NCBI GenBank assembly: GCA_000934665.2
Contig: JYFJ02002147.1
Coordinates: forward strand, 1-62,376
Source: Catajapyx aquilonaris
Taxonomy: Eukaryota
DNA: 62,376 bases
Reading direction: 5' to 3'
The notes under the pieces are model-generated. The model saw only the letters and a list, made by a program, of their open reading frames with translations, did not search any database and was not told where the DNA came from. Below, in pieces: positions 1 through 13,000 of the stretch (position 1 is its first letter; the number at the start of each line of letters is the position of its first letter). A program made the position numbers and the translations under genes.

Positions 1-849
1 GCCGCAGTGGCGCTTTCCCATGTTAAACTCGCATAGACGGTGGCGACACTGCGGAATTTTTCCATGAGGCTCCGTAATAAGCCGTGGGCTACTACTCTAA
101 GGACAGTAGGGACCATTGGTATTAGGACCGTAGGCCTAACTGACACGAGATAAAGCCACACAAAAGCATATAGGTTGTAGAATCTGGTCGTCACTGTATG
201 GTTTATCCTACATGAGCAGCAGGTATGTTAGTGCGGTGCCATTACTGCTCTTGGAATGACCTCTCTGTGGACAGATTTTCGACCTAGTTCAAGCCAAAGG
301 TCACATGTGTCCCAACATGATCACTTCTTCATGTTATGGCATTTACACGGCTTATTTCTTGGAGAACCAAGACTACGGTTTACCCTATCTCTCTAATCTT
401 CTGTAGAACCAGGATTTTAGCAGTGATTGGGATGATTTTATTGCAACATAGCGAGCAGTGATTTTCTCCTTACGCTTTATATTGCCTTAAAAATATTGTC
501 AAGGAGCCATGTATGCATATATGACGCCGAAGTGGCTTACGAGACAATTAGTGTAACTAATAAGCTTTGTTTTGCCATATGCAGCACAAAAATTCTAGTA
601 GAACACGATTGCTATATTGGAAGGTCCTAGCTAGTCTTTTAAATTTAGGGTAATATGCATAACACAAAATCCAGTTTTATCCAGTTTTTTAAAGAAGCCG
701 GCGAGCACAGGAGTTATTCTTCTGAATATTTCTCCCGTTTGGTAGTGATGAGAGCAATACCAATATACATGGTGTTTATAACTAGTCCAGCCAACGGCCG
801 TCAGGGTATTCGTTGGGCCAAAACAAGTCGAAAATGTAGGGGGAGAAAA

Positions 850-1618
850 CCCCTTCGCTACCAGATACGCCCGAACCACATAGATTTTTTTTGGCTTACG
901 CGTACTCCGAAGATACGGACAAGATATTTTACACATGATAACAGCACCATGAATGTGTCTGGAACAATTTTACTCGCCTATAAGTCCCTAAATTAATTTC
1001 CAAAAAAGGCTATAAAAACTCGAAATTCTAGTACTGTCGACCAACTGTTAGGCTGATTTAATTATGAAATACGTGAAAATATGCGGAATAACAACCTTGA
1101 GAACCATGCCAGACGAATTTTCTGAACTTGTCGTACTTGTTGCGAGAAATAAATTAATACTTATTTGCGGCTTTCTGGCACTTCGGAAAACTCCCAGATT
1201 GATTGGCTTCTCGTGAAGTACGCTGATTTCAGCAAATTCATCTCATACTCATTTGGGAGTTTTCCAAAGTCCAGAAAGCCGCAAATAAGTATTAATTATT
1301 TCTCGCAAAGTACGACGATTTCAGGAATTCGTCTGGCATGGTTCTCAAGGTTGTTATTCCTCATATTGTCATGCATTTCATAATCAAATCAGCCTAACAG
1401 TTGGTCGACAGTTCTCGAATTTCGAGTTTTTGTAGCCTTTTTTTGGAAATTAATTTAGGGACTTATAGACGAGTAAAATTGTTCTAGACACATTCATAGT
1501 GTGTTTTTCCTGAACGGGTAAGTATAGCTGTTATTAGTTGTAAAATATCTTGTCCGTATCTTCGGAGTACACGTAAGCCAAAATTTGTGTGGTTCGGGCC
1601 TGTCTGGTAGCGAAGGGG
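850..1618. mobile_element. Foldback non-autonomous element with piggyBac-like ends
   Basis: About 350-bp imperfect inverted arms (850-1197 and 1252-1618). Ends are CCCCTTCGCTACCAG / CTGGTAGCGAAGGGG, with TTAA at 1619-1622. The left TTAA is missing. No transposase ORF. Confidence 0.85.
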
Positions 1619-1632
1619 TTAACGAGGTAGAC

Positions 1633-1785
1633 GACCAAAAACATTGGCCGGTGGTTGCCGAAGTTGCAGGATATGAGCGGTGATCTAATCACTTCTATGA
1701 AAAAGGTGACCTTGCAAATCCCAATAGTCGCGATTTTCACGCTCATATCCTGCTTCTTCGGCAACCATTGACCATGTTTCTGGTC
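1633..1785. mobile_element. Small MITE-like hairpin
   Basis: GACCAAAAACAT..TGGTTGCCGAAG..GCAGGATATGAGCG pairs with CGCTCATATCCTGC..CTTCGGCAACCA..ATGTTTCTGGTC. Confidence 0.7.
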
Positions 1786-1914
1786 AAGGTCATTTTAACA
1801 GTTGCTCCCTCTACATTTCTCTCCCCTACATTTTCGACATCTTTTAGCTCAAGGAATACGCTGACGGCCGTTGGCTAGACTATAGTAACAAACACTCTGT
1901 ATTTGTTGTCGATA

Positions 1915-1973
<59 letters not shown>

Positions 1974-1984
1974 CCACCACCACC

Positions 1985-2039
<55 letters not shown>

Positions 2040-2040
2040 T
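1915..2040. repeat. Compound microsatellite (TAT)n(CCA)n(CTA)n
   Basis: Three adjacent trinucleotide tracts, directly visible. Confidence 0.97.
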
Positions 2041-2953
2041 TAAGGGTTTGCGCCAATAGTTTTAGCACCAATATTACGAACAATGTAACCTTGTAATAAT
2101 ATTATCAATTTTACAACTATATGTCGCAAAACTTTATTACTGGCAGAACAAAACGCGGAACAAAAGGAAATTGCCTATAATGGAATGGGATCTTACTAAA
2201 AAGGTCAAACTTTTTTTCACGAGGAGCTCGGTATAAGTTTAACAGCTATAGTTACCCCGTTTGTAGTGAACCTTGTAGTGAGAGTCCGTATTCTGTACCT
2301 GTTATGTCAGTTAGTCTGGTTTTTGCAGGCACGCTTTGAAGTACTAATGTATATTCAAGTATCGCATTTTAAACGCCGTCAATGAGGATGCTTTCAACAG
2401 TAATTTGTATGTTGCTATAATGTACGGGACCTGATGTTTTTTATCGGGGCTTCTGAAAGTTATGCATGAATCAACCTAATATGTGGCATAATCAATCGGA
2501 TGTCGGAAATAGCTTTTATCATGTGTGCGTAGATCCAAGCATAGCTCGTGTAATAATTGGCATCCATAATATCTCTACATCAATATTCAACTGCAAGATA
2601 ACTTTTACGCAAAATATTTACAAAGTTGCGTATGCTGCCCTAAATAGGTTGGTGGTATGAACGAGACCAACGTTGGATATTTGTATGAAAAATGAAACAC
2701 GGGTTTTATAATTTTCAGGATAAAGTCAGAGTGTGGCTACAGCTTCACAGGTGGTGCCACTAATTTTTTTTCCACGCAATGATATTTATAGACTTAAAAA
2801 CACAATGGCGACATGTCGTTCTAGTTTAGGTGGTATAAAGAACATTTTATGTTGATGGTTATACTGTATATCCTACGCTTAGCATTCTAAGGGGGTAAGT
2901 CATTAAGGTTCCCATGTCTGATGTAGCCGAATGAAAGCATCAGTGGAATGCAA

Positions 2954-3138
2954 CTACACCATCGAACTTGCCGGGTGGGCAATGTTGGAATTCCAGTGGG
3001 CAATAGGAGGGTGCCCAGCACTAAGGATTGCACAATGGCGATAAGGCTCGAAGAGGTATCGTATCAAAGACAAATCCTGAGACATGGTACGATTACTATT
3101 GGTACTCATGGAAGTCCATGTGACCATGTCATCGCAGA
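2954..3138 (-). CDS. Candidate phase-1 terminal coding exon of the dsx-like gene
   Basis: Acceptor CCATTCTTGCTCACAG with an upstream CTCAC branch-like motif. Phase 1 matches the exon B donor. It reads (V)CDDMVTWTSMSTNSNRTMSQDLSLIRYLFEPYRH...HPASSMV* for about 61 codons, and GC is above the flanks. No homology recognised. Confidence 0.3.
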
Positions 3139-6100
3139 CTGTGAGCAAGAATGGTGCTGCCGAGTGAGCGGAATGTAGACTATTATGGCATTGTTTAGCA
3201 ACCTTCTAGAGAGCCAATAAACAATACCAAGTTGACATGTATAACACTCAATCTGCTACCGATACCCTTGTTCTGCCTTAGCATGCAAACTTATGGCACC
3301 ATTTGTGGACACTATGTGGTGACACACCCATCAACAGTTTTTGATGAATCTTCATAAGTGTCATATCCTGTGCACAAAGTATAGTCGCATCACAATGCAA
3401 ACGTCCTCAATAGTATACATTCAAGCCTTCAGTGTGCGATATACTGTACTGTATATAGATGGTATATAGAGTGACAAGCCATATCTTCAACAGACTATAT
3501 AACTCACTTCTTACGTTCGGATGAGGAACCAAAAGATATATACAGCGCACGGTGTATGAAATAAACAACCAAATACTTGAATGCAACCAATATCTATGGC
3601 AGAAAAAAACTACCCGGATCAGTTGGTTTGACATCACTATGACACTGTGGATTACTTGGAACTTCTCTCCTGTGACGGATCTATCTGTCGATAAACCTAC
3701 AACTGCAAGTTGAGAAATACTGGCAGAGAGGACTAAAAAGGGCAGTGAACAATAAAGGAGATCAGAAATAAGAAAGCAGAGCCAGACGATTGTTAGATAA
3801 GCATCCAGACGTGCCCAGTTAGCTCGTGACTCTTTGGCCCACAATATCTATAAACTGCGAACCATATTTGCCCGTTGTCATCTCGCCTCAAGGTATTTTT
3901 TCATCCTAGCTCATACTCTCATTACGATATAAAAATAAGTGAGGACACTGACGTTCAAAGCATGCCACCGACCCCATCTGTTTCTGTTTCAGTTAATAAT
4001 AATTAAATCACAGGTAATGAACCTTTCTGCCCTTCGCTTTGATGAACCGTTGCCACTATAGCATTTCTTGTTTTATCCCATCAGAGGTCGTTGCGGATTC
4101 CAGATCGCGTGCCATCAAAAGCCTCCTTCATGATGGTATCTCTCTCAAGTCTTTACATAGACTGCTGGCATTTACGATGTACCTGGCACTTCATCAGTAT
4201 TATTTACACTCGAATGAAATTAGAGTAGAATCATTTAAGCCTCTTGAAGCCCGTAATATGTTGACGACCTCGTCCGACCTACACTGAAATTTCCATGTGA
4301 AATGTACTACAGTACGATATATAATCTTTTTGTGTGAAGCTTTTAATACTTAGGGATATGAGGAGTATTGTGCCTATACGCAGCATCAATAGCAATATTG
4401 ATGGAGGCATATCTTGTTAACACATATAGTTGCTACGAGTTTATTCATGGGGCAATTATGCTTATAGAATCATCATATACTTTTCTTTAATGCAAAACCG
4501 GTAACCAGCCTCAGAATCATAGTGGAAATTCTCTCATGCATTAAACCAGCGGTATTAATAGGGATTTTTTTATTGATGATGAGTTGTCTGGAAACTCAGC
4601 ATGCGGAAGCATATTATGCATTCCATTATTCAGTTGTTTACTAATAGAGTTTGGTGCCACGCTGATCAAGCTCCACTTTTTGGCGAACGGAAAAATAGAT
4701 TTGACTGAAACTTGTTACTCTTTAACTCGCATGACAATTATAGTCTGCAATAAATGCTCCGCTCCAACCCAGGGTAAATACAGCAGATTATGGCTTACAA
4801 TCCCTCGACCAATTAAGGAGATAGTTTGCGGCAAATGCAACACTGTCCATTGCATAAAGGGAGAACAACATTGAGCACAATTGAAACAATGGCCTCCCAT
4901 CCAGTGCAGCTAAATTTCGCATATGGTGTTAGGTGTTAGTGACACACAAATTACCAGACAATGCTAGTGGCAATGTGATCATGTACCAGACACCTTTGAA
5001 TCACATTGTCATCCTGACACAACCCACGTAGAGGTCTAGGGGCTGTTTTACTTCCCCGTTTTGAGTGAATGGTGCACGAGTTCACCGCCGGTTAAAACAA
5101 ATATTAGCGTACCAGGGATGTGTTTCGCGACGGCAAAAACACGCGTTCCATCCACCGCCCATCAGAGAATCATGTAGCGCCTATTGGTACCGCATAATAT
5201 GAACGCCGGCAATGAATACAGAATACAGTACGTCCTGTGCTTGACCAGAGTATATATTAATAAGCAAGCTTTTGCACATATACAGCATATTAGCCTCATG
5301 TCCGCAAGTTGACTCGTGGGTTTTTTGGTTGTGTGTTGGTTAGCTGGTTATCGATTGCAAAAAAAAATATTTTTTGTCCCGGACGTTGGTGAATATCATG
5401 TTCTGCTCAATCCAGCAGACGCTTCCATTAGACATTGTCTGGGCTTCAACTTGCAGCGCTTATTGTTCCTATCCTGCACTTATAAGGTGTATGGCAATGT
5501 CCTTTGTGATTACGCACGTGGGCAAGTATCGAACCGGAACTGACAGTACGACGTTTCTATATAAACAAGATGAAACATAGCCTCATTTTCACCACATATA
5601 GACTAAGATTGTGCGGTACACTGCTTCCTTCACCGTTGGTTACGCCGCGCCGCGCAGGTGTGGCTTATTCACCATACAGTAAATGCACAGAGAAGGTTGC
5701 TCATTCATCAGATTTAATCAGTGAGCAAGTGATTTCAGGATGATTAATCCGACATGATGCGCCTGTGCAATCAAATTGTAGGAAAGACAAGCTGGACACA
5801 GCCGGCAGATGAATCAGTTGGAGCATCAAGGTATGGTTCGAGGTTAGTCGCAAGCCACGTGCATTTTGCCATATGAATAATGGACTAGTCAAGTCATAGC
5901 TGATGCTCGATTGACGTAACGCTATTAATTGAAGCTAATGAATAGAGTCTGGTGCAGACCGCTTCAAGCGTACGCCATGTTTACATTATTGTCATTGGCC
6001 TGTCGATACCATTTGACGTATTGAAGACATGCTCTTGCCCATGACTGCTTTTAGACACGAACGTCCCACTGAGAACCCCCGTCGTATGTCTGACAATCAA

Positions 6101-6949
6101 TTTTTCATTGCTAATTATATCTCCAATGACATGTAATGAATAGGAAGACCAGAGAGATGTGATAGCTTGTCATGCTATGGGAGGAAATTCCGACACCACC
6201 GTGACTTTCGCCAGATTTAGTCATAAGTTCATAACAGTCTTTATTTAGCAGAAATAATCGAATAAGTAGAATCAATAGACGCCCAGATGTGTATAATGTA
6301 CAAAAGATGCTAATTTATTTCGCAAATCAGTGGCCTTCGTTGAAAGTTCGTTAGTCCCGTAAAAGGGGAAAAAATTACTCGGCAAAACATTATGAAGTAC
6401 AGTTGAATTTTTCTCATTTTCAGACTTTAATCTGACAAGAATGCGCACACTATAAACAAAATTGCAAGTGTCTATGATATCATCCCTTTAAATCTGTTAC
6501 AGGCCGGATTCAAGAATCTGCTAATCCTGAAGTGGCAAGGCAGGGGGGGAAAAAAATGGTGTCACTGACACCTTGTGTAGGAGGCAGAGCTGGACTCTAG
6601 AGTCCATCGCAGGATGCTCTCAAAATTCGACAAAGTCTGATTGATTGTTGGATTATGCGCATCAAAATATATAACGTCGCATTTATTTTCCGTCACCGAA
6701 TACTGACTTGTGTAATGAATAAAGCCATCATACACTTACTTGTTACGTACAACAATTATTCTTCATAACTAATCCCGAAAAAAAATTACGTCAAAATGAG
6801 ACATTTTTTAGGCACCCTGTAGGCGCGAGTGTCAGCCGGATGATTATTAATGACTCAGCGCACGAGCCACGCTGCCTCATACAATGTGAAGTCTAAACCA
6901 CAAGGCTTCCGGGGGGTTTAAATCTTAAGGCCATAAGCCCATAACCGTT

Positions 6950-7070
6950 CATCTCTGAAGTCCCGAGTTCGATCCCCAAATCAGACAGACGCTAGACGGA
7001 TGAATTTGGTCACGTGGAAAGAGCCATCGGGGTACTCCTACTCTCCGAAAAGGTCGTCAGCATTCCTTCT
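6950..7070 (+). mobile_element. Degenerate SINE-like fragment
   Basis: B-box-like GAGTTCGATCCCC at about 6965. No clear A box or TSD. Confidence 0.3.
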
Positions 7071-10000
7071 ATGCCGTTGCCCTATGAAGTGACTCAACTT
7101 CTTCGTAACACATCCAGATTAAATTTCAGCCAGAATATATCATCCAACAGACATAAAGGGGTAGGGGTAGGGGGGTTAGAAACATTCGATATTCCACATA
7201 TCATTTTAAAAAATTAATGAGTACCCAGCAAAGTGTGTACTTGACAATTTCGCGTTTTTAGATTCGCAGTTTCGAAGGGCAAAACAATAAAAGCAGACTA
7301 TTCAAGGTGGTATAAATATAAATGGGTGGGGTTACGGGTTCAATCACTTGCTCTCCCGCCCTTCCACCTGACCTTCCCAACTTTTACAAACACGTGTAGA
7401 GACATAAGAGATCCCTGAACCTAAAGTGATTCATCCTAACAATTAAAACTGCAGTACTTGATACCACCCGATGTAATCTTCCAGGTGTACATATGATAAC
7501 AGCCTGCAGTACGCTCTAGTAATCACGTTATCTATGGTGTGAACTCCAATTGAACATTATTTAACCCTGCATAATTCACAAGCAGAAATTTTTTCCATGA
7601 AAAAAATATATTGCACCAGTTGGGAGAGGAAAAAAAAAGAGGTAATGGAGTATTGCCGGTCGGGAATAACCTACCGAACATTGAAACTTTGGTCTAACGT
7701 CTGTGTGAAATCATCGTCCCTTGAGGGTACAGGCGTACACCACAAAAAATCTTTATTACGCTCGCTAAAATTACCCAACAACAAACCCTCGTAAATTGCA
7801 CTGTAGACTACAGTACACGTGCAACGAAAGTGGAAAGAGGGGAGAGGCGGGGTGGCAGGGGGGGGGGGGGAGAAACTATGCTCCCCGGGGTGTGTATGTG
7901 TGTGTGAGGTGGGGGAATATTTCCATGCACGCGAGGCTTGCAATAATCTACTCTTATTCAACCTGTTGCATGGTGCCTCCCCCATGTCCCCCACCCTAAC
8001 CCCAACGCTCTCTGTCTGCCTCCCACCACCCACTCCCCCCTACCGTCTGGCTGAGCGTCGAGACGCCCATGACGCCAAATTCACAGAGTTTAGTACGCGG
8101 GCTATTTCCTCTGACAGGGTTCAACCCGCTCCCATATGGTTACCACACATCAGGCAAAATAACATCATCACTTCCCTTCCCCTAGGCAAGCCCAATCGGT
8201 TAATTTGGCCAATCAGGACCAGACATATTTTTTTTGCGACCGCTATTTCGGCTCATTCGCCGCTATCGGCAGCAATTTAGGCGTATGTCCCATCCACGGA
8301 TCTATTGTGCCCCCTTTGTGATTGGGCCGACACGCACGCGCCGATCGATGCAGTTTCATTTTCACATGTCCTGATATGTGTTGACTGTCATGTTGGTTTG
8401 TGAATTGGAATTTTGGAACATAAATAATATTTCGCACGTGCTTGCAGCTTTTGGTCGAATTTTCGTTCATATTTTATGAGCGTTGGGTATTCAGTGTCTA
8501 TGGACTCAATTATCTGATTAGGTGCCGAAATGTATGGTCGTTTTGTGCAGTGTAGTAGCATATGTTTTTGACGTTGGAATAGCAGTAAGTCTGACATTGG
8601 AATATGGCTCAAGTAGATATTTTCGAAAATGGCGAATTTTCTTTACTGGAATTATTTTTTTAAATTACCGAAAACTGCTCATTTGCATCTCTTGTGGTTG
8701 AAAAGTTGAGTGCAGTGTGATACAATGGTATGCGTGCCATAATACAAACATAGTCCAAAACCTGGAATTTGACATTGAATGTTGTATATGTCAAGGCTAT
8801 ATTTCGCACGAGCTTTTCCCGCTCAGTTAGTAAAAAAAAAAGTTCTCCACGTGTATGACTGTACAGTATGTTCAGTCTTGTATAATACCTGGTGAAATAA
8901 TTTTTATTATTGATGCAGTTATGAGAAACATGGGATGAAACCTGCACCTCATAAAGGAAAAACAGTGTAATAAAATATCTGTTGACACTCCGAATGCAAC
9001 CTTCGCCAAACACGTGTTGTTCAACTTCCTCGTTCGGTTCAAGGGTAGTCATACAGATAGTACTTTATATACAGTGCACTGCCATATTTTTAGCGCAGCT
9101 CCACGTGCACTCTACAGGAGCTGAGAGGAATGCGTCATGAATGCAAGTGTCGAAATTATGCACAATAATCTGTAATAGTGAATTATATGATATTACTAGC
9201 ATCAACAGTTGTCGCAATGACTCTAATTCACATCTGGTTGTCAGAGTAATAAGACCAGGATGAACGTGTGCATGTGCATTGGCGCAGTAGGCTGCATCAG
9301 GACATGGAGCGATAAATTAAGTTGCATTAATATTGTGAATAGTAGTTCGATGGATGTGTTTACATGCGGCGGCTCAGAAGGTATCTGATGGCATCATATA
9401 AATTTACGGCCATGTGCATCATTTTTTTATTGCTTGCGTAAGAACATAGTGACGCCTATTTTTATAAGCTGTTAGACCTGCAAGCTTCAGTTACAATGCA
9501 TGACTCATGGATGTACTAGTATATCTTCCTGATTTATATTTTGTGCAGTAATCATAGACAGTAACATATGTATTACACGATAATAAGCCTATTGTCCTAA
9601 TCGACTCTTGAAAGAGGCGGGAGATTGGTTACTTTATTTAATGACTGAAAATTAGTTTTTTTGTGTGTTATTCAACATTATAAAATAAGCTTTATAGGAC
9701 AGTGTATTTCTACAGGAAAATGTATACTTTGGTTTCAATTTCTGACAAGAAAAGATTACCGTATCATCAAAGCTTCCTTTATCATGAAATTCACAGACGC
9801 GCTCCAAGTGGGTATGAGACTGCTTGCAATCAGCCCTTTAATTCTCAAAATTACGTCTGTGATAAATTTACAGTGCAATACTGCAATATCTGTCTTCAGA
9901 TAATTGATAATATTGTATTTCATCAAAACAGTTGGCAAAATTTTGCATACACACTCGTGTTCAAAATGTACATTTTATTTAATTAAACTTGCATGCCACA

Positions 10001-13000
10001 GGCATTTCAAGACAGATGATTCGTTGTAATTAGTAAAAAATTACCTTCGATAATTTTTATATAAGATTGTATAATTATATTTAATCCAATTTACCTGCAT
10101 ATTTAGCCGTAAACAAACTGACAATTTATCCGCAACCTGTCACTTTCTGAAGGCTACGCCTCAAATCTTGACAGGCCTCTACGCAATCATTGTGCAGTCA
10201 CCGTAAGCAAATCTCTCAATTACCGCAAGCGTCTTCAACACGATTCTATCATCTCACCCCAGCAATTTCATCTCACAAGAAATGGACCAAAAGAAAACGA
10301 CCCCCACCTCCCCCGACACATAGTGTCACGTAAATACTCTTATCACATGACAGCTGTCAGACCGTAACTGGAATGCCCATTTCATGCCTCCTATACACTT
10401 ACCACATTCCCCATAATCTTAACATTACATCACTGTCACCAGAAATACACATGTGTTTATTCCCTAGTTTAACAACCTCACATACAATTCGCGAATTCCG
10501 CGAATATGACACCTGAAATTGCATGGGCTTGTACGGCATTGCGAATCAATATCAAAACCCGTGTTCTCGGTCAGGGAGCAAAGGCAAGCACGTGCGGCAT
10601 AAATCCGTCCTAGGTGCAAAAGACCCCAACTTCAAACCAGTCCTAATCGATATCTCTCCCCCGGTCTGTGCATCCACAGGGTTAATTCCCTCCGTTGGCC
10701 ATTGGGAATTGTTACCCAATTTCCGGATTATTACCCTGGTCGGGTATAAGTCCCGAGAGCGTTTCGCGTCAAGACACGCACAATGCTGCGTAGGGACGCC
10801 GGCTCGCTTCCCCTTCGGTCCCCATGCTGGACTCCCGCGCAGCGTCGCATCCTGGGCTACCAAGATGGAAGTCCCCCAACGCGCGTCTTTCCCACCTTGA
10901 AACGGGTTGTTCCCGCCCCTGTGCCAAGATCGTGCAACGAGTCGGAACTATTTGCGGAGACCGGCACGTGGCAAGGTCACATTCAGAGCTTTTGGCGAAT
11001 GCGCTTTCCCGCGCTGCGCGATAGATCGGGGTTTATACTATGTGATACGGAGAATAAAGCGGAGAGTGGGGGAGGGGAGAGGGGGGTTGATTGCACGTGG
11101 CGACCTTTGCTGAGGTCCGGATAGCGTCACAGGATACGCAAACACCAAGCCGACCGCAACCATCGAGACCGTGATATTTCGCGGAGTGACTCCTTATCGT
11201 TCATACCCAAGGTTATCGGAATTGTGCATATTGTAACTACTTGGTTTAAAACCGATGTCGAGACAATGTCATATGAGCGAAACAAATTTGCTGAATATTA
11301 AATCATGTAACAATGTCATATTGGTGCTAATTTTTTTGATTAAGATATTCATTTTATAGTGACATGATTGTTTAGATACAATATTATAGCACCTATAAAT
11401 ATTATGTAAATACATAAGGGCTGGGTGAATGTCCCCCCTACAAGGTCTTTGCACCATATTATGTCCGTATTGGTGACAACTTGAAACTAATAACTCGACA
11501 CAAGAACTGAACCTGTTACTAAATTTTAATATGAACAACCAAACAAGTTATAACCCTGTATAAGTAAATAAATAACTTCGTCAATCAAGGGCAGGCATGG
11601 TTTTTGTCCCACTAGTACCGGTACTAGTAGTAAGAGATGAATGATTCATGATATATACAGCAACAAAAGCGCATGCACCGCTCGAAGGCCCGCTCAATTA
11701 TTTCCGCAACATTGTCTGGCCGTGAGAAAACTCGTTTCATTCGATCCCAAAGCTAGTTTATAAGTCCGATTTGCAAATAAGGGGGGGGGGGGGTCTGGTG
11801 GGTGGGTGGGTGTAGGGAGTGCAAGGGGTTCACGGGTTGTCCTTGCCGACGTCAGCGTTGCACTTTAAGGTCATAGCTGCTTTACTGTAGCAACTGATAA
11901 CGTGGGCGAAAAATGTTTGCGTCCTTGAGGATTCTCCACGTGCGAGCGTCCGTTGGAAATAGGGAGACTATCGCACGCGGGGGCTATGACTATGCCCTTT
12001 GTAGACTGCCCGCCGACAGCCTACAATGTAGCCTTGATTATATACCCTTTCAAACATCGTCTCGCGATAAAGAAAATGTGATTCGGTTGACAAATGAATA
12101 TATGAATGTGACTCGATTCTTTCTGACCCTAAGCCACTACTATTGGAAGGTTAAATCCGACTCGAGACTTTGCGAAATTGTTTACCGACTGGCGGGGTGG
12201 GTGACGCCTGCTGCACTTTTGTCACATTTTACGCCGCAAGGGGTCATTCCATAATGGCTTGGAAAGTTGTTTTAGTACCGGTTCAACACAATGAAACAAT
12301 TTTTTAATATTCAATTATTCTAAACATTTGCACGGTCTCCTTCGACCACCCCCATTTTTTATTATGATTTCTTTCTTAGAATGTAGGGGAGGACACAAGC
12401 TGAATGACCTTTTTTTTAAAAAAAAAAAAAGTTGACTTAAATTGTCGGAGTTTTCTCAGGCCGCTTGTGGCATTGCCCTTGCACTTTGTAGCAATTATTT
12501 CCCGCGCTCTATTTTTAAACTATGAGCGTGCATATAGGGCTACCAATATGCGACCGGCGCGGCGTTCTTTATTGCGAGGACCTGCACTTCTTTTTTTTCC
12601 CAGGTGACCAAAAACATTACGAGTGTTCAATAATTGCAGGTAAAGTCGAAAGCCTCTGTACTGTAACCCCCAGTTGTCAAGCAATAATTAGGCCTACTAG
12701 AGCGGATGTAATCTAGGGGGCTAGATGCACTATATTTTAACGCCATACTTTGTATAGGGTGCTGGTGCCCGTTGGATATGCAAATGAAGTGCGTGGCGGC
12801 TGGCTATCTGCGTATATTATTGCGGGTTGTTTTGGTCATTTTGATTCGGAGGGAAATTACGGCTGGAATATGGGCAAGATTTAGGAGGTGTAGTAGACGG
12901 AATTGTTTCCGGTTTCGAAAAATAGTTACATGCCGTTTTGGTATATACTGGTAGTGTAGTGAATAATGGTATAAAATATGACGGCACGTGTTTCCCGTGG

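Larger units (their letters stand above)
772..1895. mobile_element. Outer MITE-like element (about 78-bp inverted arms) holding nested insertions
   Basis: 772-849 (TAGTCCAGCCAACGGCCGTCAGGGTATTCG...GTCGAAAATGTAGGGGGAGA) is the imperfect reverse complement of about 1815-1895. Confidence 0.75.

Noticed and set aside
1880..2083. Homopolymeric ORFs here and at 25432-25678 and 34938-35320
   Set aside because: They are translations of microsatellites.
4200..4284. Minus-strand VVNILRASRGLN resembling the insect female-exon VVNEYSRQHNLN
   Set aside because: The nearby acceptors give phase 0 or 2 rather than phase 1, and the similarity is only five residues.
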